Source of the DNA: Candidatus Thorarchaeota archaeon
GTDB lineage: Archaea > Asgardarchaeota > Thorarchaeia > Thorarchaeales > Thorarchaeaceae
Assembly: GCA_003345595.1 (NCBI GenBank)
Contig: PRDI01000013.1
Location: forward strand, 1-11,160
Length of the DNA: 11,160 bases
Direction of reading: 5' to 3'
Shown: positions 7,602 through 11,160 of the stretch, piece after piece
Numbering within the stretch: position 1 is the first letter of the stretch
Layout of the letters: every line of letters begins with the position of its first letter
Notes under the pieces: generated by a model
Databases searched by the model: none
What the model was told of the DNA's origin: nothing
Seen by the model: the letters and a program-made list of their open reading frames with translations, nothing else
Program-made: the position numbers and the translations under genes

Positions 7602-7614
7602 CTTAAAGGTATAA
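7602..7614 (-). promoter_or_regulatory. Putative TATA region of the ABC operon
   Basis: Minus strand reads TTATACCTTTAAG, the AT-rich island nearest the permease start. Confidence 0.4.
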
Positions 7615-7824
7615 TCAAAGGTGCTTGATGGCCGGGTGGTCCATCTTCTGGGCGAATTTGCAGGAGCCTCTCGTGGGGTACTTGGTCAGCTATCTCGGTT
7701 TCGCGCCTGGAATCTTTGGCTGCCGCCCCCTTCATGAGCAATCGGCACATTGGTCGTTCCTAACATAACGCATATGTGTGCAGCGGGCCATTCACAGGCC
7801 ATAACCTCCTCTTCGTGAAAGTCT

Positions 7825-8256
7825 ATGCCAGAATCACTTACGATGTTTGCGATCTTTCGAGCTTCACCTACAGAAATCTACGAGGCCTTCTTGGACAGCC
7901 GCAAGCACAGCGCGATGACTGGCGCGGGAGCATCCGTAGATCCCAACATCGGCGGCGAGTTCACCGCGTGGGATGGTTACATTTCAGGCACCACTATCGC
8001 CCTAGAGCCTAGACACAAGATCACACAGAAATGGCGCACTACGGATTTCCCCGCTGATGCCTCTGACTCTCTACTGGAGATTATCCTCGAAGAGACCCCC
8101 ACAGGGACGAAAGTCACCCTGAAGCAAACGGACATCCCCGACGGTCAGGCAGAACAATACAAGGACGGTTGGAGAAAGTTCTACTTTGAGCCGATGAAGG
8201 CGTACTTCAAGAAGAAGCAAGTCGGGGCAAAGAAGGCCAGGACGACCGGAGTCTGA
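7825..8256 (+). CDS. SRPBCC/AHSA1 (Aha1 C-terminal-like) domain protein
   Basis: F.ASP.EIYEAFLD, GGEFTAWDGYISG, ITQKWR, TKVTLKQ and GW..FYF motifs, followed by a basic tail. Confidence 0.9.
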   Translation: MPESLTMFAIFRASPTEIYEAFLDSRKHSAMTGAGASVDPNIGGEFTAWDGYISGTTIALEPRHKITQKWRTTDFPADASDSLLEIILEETPTGTKVTLKQTDIPDGQAEQYKDGWRKFYFEPMKAYFKKKQVGAKKARTTGV

Positions 8257-8557
8257 AAGTAGGCATGGTTCCCATTCTTCAAGAAGTCATGTACGTACCT
8301 CCTGGAGTTGTGGGCTAGCCAACTTGATCGATTGCTTGATGCCGTCGGCTATCACTTTCTGTTCGCAACTCTCGATGAGGCGGCTCCTACGGGTCATGAT
8401 AGAAAACGGAATCGTGTGGCGGCTCTCTTGGATATGTCTGCCTGTCTTCAGATTCTCTCACATGTCTACTCTCTTGTGAAGCGTTCTGACACACAGGAGA
8501 ATCCCCGCTCGTGACATTGAGAAGCCACTAGTCCAGGAGTAGTTTCCTCTCTTCTCC

Positions 8558-8611
8558 GAAGCCAGCCGCACAAGCCCATTGTCTGTAGTGGGGCTCTGCG
8601 GTCTTGGCTTC
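8558..8611 (-). terminator. Long imperfect hairpin just downstream of the surface-protein stop
   Basis: Nested arms GAAGCCA/TGGCTTC, CCGCA/TGCGG and AGCCC/GGGCT, starting 8 nt after the stop. No U-tract, so the function is inferred. Confidence 0.4.
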
Positions 8612-8619
8612 AGGATGGT

Positions 8620-11160
8620 CTATGTGGATCCCCTAGCACCCGTCCTCCTTCTAATCACTATCAGCAATGCGATGATTCCAACAAGGCCGGCCGCTCCAAC
8701 GACGATGATGATGTTACGACTGCCGGGATAGTCGAAGGCGTCAAGGGGGTTGGTTCCTGCCATCACCTCGACACCGTCAAGGTATGTGTCGCTGTCACTA
8801 TCGTCGTCTATCGGGTCAGTGCCGATCTTTACCTCATAGGCATCGTTCAGGTTGTCGCAGTCTGTGTCGATGCACTGTAGGTCGGTGCCCAGAGCTATCT
8901 CATCGAGGTCGTCCAGCCCGTCGTAGTCAGTGTCGCCCACGGTGACCCCGAGCTTGTCGAGCACGGCACGGATCTGTCCCATGTCACCGATGTAGCTTGC
9001 ATTGAGCTGTGCCAAACGTGCACTGTTCTGGGTGACAAGTGCCACCACCAGCTCCAACTGAGTCGCATTGCCGTCTAGGTCCTCATAGATGGAGTCGTAC
9101 CATGCCTGCGGCATGCCAGGGTAGGAAGTCGGGTCAGTAGCATTGGAGCCGTATGCCACCTCGTATCCGTCGAGGAAGTTGTCATTGTCAGAGTCGATGC
9201 ACAGCGGATTTGTGCCATGCGCTTCCTCTCCCCAGTCAGAGAGCCCGTCCATGTCCTTGTCGTCAGAGAAGATTGCCACAAAACAGTCTGCGTAACCGTC
9301 CAACGTTGAGTCATACGCATCGACAGTCGGGAAGTCGGTAGAGTTCGCTATGCCCGCAGCATAGATGAAGTCGCCCTCCAGCTGGACGCCCATTCCTTCG
9401 TCATCGCCTGACCCTCCAAGGAATGTGCTGAAAGTGAGCGACTGCCCATCAACGGCAAACTGGGTCACGAAGCAGTCGCTACCTCCACTGTAGGTGAAGT
9501 CGTGGGCATTCACAGTCGGAAACTCGGAGGAGGAGGTCCTGCCTGTGACGTATGCGGAGCCGTTCGTCACGCTGATGCAACGTGCTCGATCCTCATTTAA
9601 CCCCCCGAGGTATGTGCTGTAGACAAGGGACTGGCCGTTGGTCGCCAATTTGGTCACAAACGTGTCGTAGTAGTCGTTGTAGGTCGAATCATACGCGTTG
9701 ACGGTTGGGAATCCCCCATCGATCGTCGTGCCCGTGACGTATGCAAAGCCATTCTCCACGTCAATATGGCTCACAGACTCATCATTCGATGTTCCACCGA
9801 GGAAGGTGCTGTAGACGAGAGACTGGCCATTTGCGGCGAACTTGGTCACAAAACCGTCCGTCAGGCCAGTCAAAGTCGAGTCATATGCGCTGACTGTGGG
9901 AAATGTTGCCGAATTCGTGTAGCCTGCAACATAGGCAGAACCGCTCTCCACCGCAATCGAGTACCCAATCTCGTATTGGGACCCACCAAGGAACGTGCTG
10001 TAGACGAGAGACTGACCGTTTGCGGCGAACTTGGTCAAAAAGCAGTCACGAGGCCCGCCTAGGGTCGAGTCGTATGCAGTGACATTAGGAAAGTTGGAAG
10101 ACCCTGTGTTGCCGGTGACATAGGCAAAGCCGTTCTCAACAGCAATGCCGCGTGCTGATTCGTCACCTGTTCCTCCGAGATATGTGCTGTAGTTGAGTGA
10201 TCGGCCGTCAGCTGCCAACTTGGTCACAAAACAGTCGTAGGGCCCATTGTATGTCGAGTCATATGCATTTGCAGTCGGGAAGTCATCGGAGCGAGTGTAC
10301 CCAGCTATATAGGCAAAGCCGTTCTCCACGGCGATATCGTATACACCGTCCTCTGAAGACCCACCGAGAAATGTGCTGTAGGCGAGGGTCTGACCGTCTG
10401 CCGCGAGTTTGATGATGAAGCAGTCAGTCCACGCGCTGAAGTTCGACTGGTAAGGATTGACAGTTGGAAAGTCAGACGACCACGTCCGACCCCCTACATA
10501 GACGAAGCCATCCTCTACCGCGATTGCGAATCCTTGGTCGCTATCCGACCCACCAACAAACGAGCTGTAGGCAAGAAGAATGGGATCGACGACAAGACCG
10601 CATGAGGTATCGTACTTTCCGAGACTCAGTGATATCGTGTTGGTTCCCTCACTGCGAAAGCCACATTCAACAGTGTTGAGGACGAATCCTTCTTGGAACG
10701 CCAAGAGCCCACAGTCAGAGATCGCAAAACCATTCTTCCAGATTGTCACAGAGCTGTCACGTACGTCAATCGAGTCCGCGTCAGAGTATTTTAGTCGTAT
10801 CAGTCCGGGGTCCGCGTTAGGTGCGACGACAAACTCGTACTTCAAACTGCCGTCAAGGAATCGGTACACGAGATCGATCCCCGGATAGATGTCCGCATAC
10901 CTGAGCACAGCACAGTCCATCAGTCCAGTCCTCCACATGCTCGGGTCGTTGCCATACATGTAGTTCGTGACTGAGCCCGTTGGTTCTTCTCCGACGGGGA
11001 TGGTCTGGCTGCTGCCCGGAAACTCAAGCTTGAGGAAGGCTTCGCCAACAGCATAACGGACCTCCGAAACTCCGAAGTAGGCGATCACATCGACGCCTCT
11101 CCGGCATACGTAGTAGATACCATCCTCGCTCGATCCTGAGACAGCGAAGTGCATCGCGTT
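8620..11160 (-). CDS. Cell-surface SBBP beta-propeller protein with Ca-binding DxDxDG (TSP3-like) repeats and C-terminal membrane anchor (5' partial)
   Basis: The frame is open to the window edge (AAC GCG ATG). SBBP-associated N-terminal domain (NY..GNDP..W, IYPGID, LKYEF.V.P.ADP..I), 7 YSTFLGG blades, 5 DxDxDxxxDxxE..GT.P repeats, and a TM helix at 8653-8712 followed by RRR. Confidence 0.9.
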   Translation of the reverse strand, partial: NAMHFAVSGSSEDGIYYVCRRGVDVIAYFGVSEVRYAVGEAFLKLEFPGSSQTIPVGEEPTGSVTNYMYGNDPSMWRTGLMDCAVLRYADIYPGIDLVYRFLDGSLKYEFVVAPNADPGLIRLKYSDADSIDVRDSSVTIWKNGFAISDCGLLAFQEGFVLNTVECGFRSEGTNTISLSLGKYDTSCGLVVDPILLAYSSFVGGSDSDQGFAIAVEDGFVYVGGRTWSSDFPTVNPYQSNFSAWTDCFIIKLAADGQTLAYSTFLGGSSEDGVYDIAVENGFAYIAGYTRSDDFPTANAYDSTYNGPYDCFVTKLAADGRSLNYSTYLGGTGDESARGIAVENGFAYVTGNTGSSNFPNVTAYDSTLGGPRDCFLTKFAANGQSLVYSTFLGGSQYEIGYSIAVESGSAYVAGYTNSATFPTVSAYDSTLTGLTDGFVTKFAANGQSLVYSTFLGGTSNDESVSHIDVENGFAYVTGTTIDGGFPTVNAYDSTYNDYYDTFVTKLATNGQSLVYSTYLGGLNEDRARCISVTNGSAYVTGRTSSSEFPTVNAHDFTYSGGSDCFVTQFAVDGQSLTFSTFLGGSGDDEGMGVQLEGDFIYAAGIANSTDFPTVDAYDSTLDGYADCFVAIFSDDKDMDGLSDWGEEAHGTNPLCIDSDNDNFLDGYEVAYGSNATDPTSYPGMPQAWYDSIYEDLDGNATQLELVVALVTQNSARLAQLNASYIGDMGQIRAVLDKLGVTVGDTDYDGLDDLDEIALGTDLQCIDTDCDNLNDAYEVKIGTDPIDDDSDSDTYLDGVEVMAGTNPLDAFDYPGSRNIIIVVGAAGLVGIIALLIVIRRRTGARGST
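8725..9264 (-). repeat. Two blocks of Asp-rich Ca-binding repeats
   Basis: Block 1 (9118-9264): DKDMDGLSD, DSDNDNFLD. Block 2 (8725-8934): DTDYDGLDD, DTDCDNLND, DSDSDTYLD. Both blocks end in YPG. Confidence 0.85.
9265..10569 (-). repeat. Seven tandem SBBP blade repeats (189-bp period, one of 192 bp)
   Basis: Blade starts at 10569, 10380, 10191, 10002, 9813, 9621 and 9432; consensus YSTFLGG...(D/E)...IAVENG.AYV.G.T.S..FPTV.AYDST..G..DCFVTK. Confidence 0.92.

Noticed and set aside
7825-8256. AHSA1 protein as a eukaryotic-signature Hsp90 co-chaperone
   Set aside because: Stand-alone AHSA1/SRPBCC domains are widespread in prokaryotes, and the Aha1 N-terminal domain is absent.
8340-8611. Possible RNase P RNA on the minus strand (GAGGAAAC... 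and AACAGAA... about 190 nt apart)
   Set aside because: P4 complementarity and spacing do not fit, the internal conserved regions are missing, and no P1/P2 pairing is visible.
8289-8611. Selenoprotein/SECIS interpretation of the TGA-interrupted frame and nearby hairpin
   Set aside because: There is no redox motif or known selenoprotein similarity, the hairpin lies upstream of that frame, and the visible surface-protein CDS has no in-frame TGA.
9265-10569. CRISPR array or DGR template/variable repeats
   Set aside because: The repeats are in-frame 189-bp coding units with no spacer structure, no non-coding template copy and no reverse transcriptase or cas gene in the window.
115-10888. Numerous alternative-frame and antisense ORFs (e.g. 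1752-2201, 3863-4372, 4463-4990, 7123-7614, 10580-10888)
   Set aside because: They overlap well-supported genes, have Ser/Arg-rich shadow composition and carry no family motifs.

Overview
Coding-dense window of ordinary prokaryotic chromosome with 10 credible CDSs and no rRNA, tRNA, CRISPR array or recognisable mobile element. On the + strand: thioredoxin-type arsenate reductase (ArsC/LMW-PTP fold), a rubrerythrin-like/VIT1-CCC1 fusion iron exporter, a membrane-anchored M23-like metallopeptidase, an alpha/beta hydrolase whose catalytic His position reads Arg, a 4-TM hypothetical protein, a 3-TM hypothetical protein with a beta-rich CxxC-bearing domain, and an AHSA1/SRPBCC protein. On the - strand: a NitT/TauT-type ABC ATPase plus a fused double permease with no binding-protein gene beside them, and a 5'-truncated surface protein (7 SBBP blades, Ca-binding DxDxDG repeats split by a helical spacer, C-terminal anchor). 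TATA-like boxes about 28-29 nt before several start codons, a GGTGA-type SD and N-glycosylation sequons in exported proteins point to an archaeon; Asgard/Thorarchaeia is my guess, not a demonstrated result. I do not see one clear multi-gene novel system. The best leads are the divergent archaeal M23 enzyme, the uncharacterised CxxC membrane protein with a palindromic operator, the His-to-Arg hydrolase, the binding-protein-less ABC pair and several strongly structured intergenic regions.
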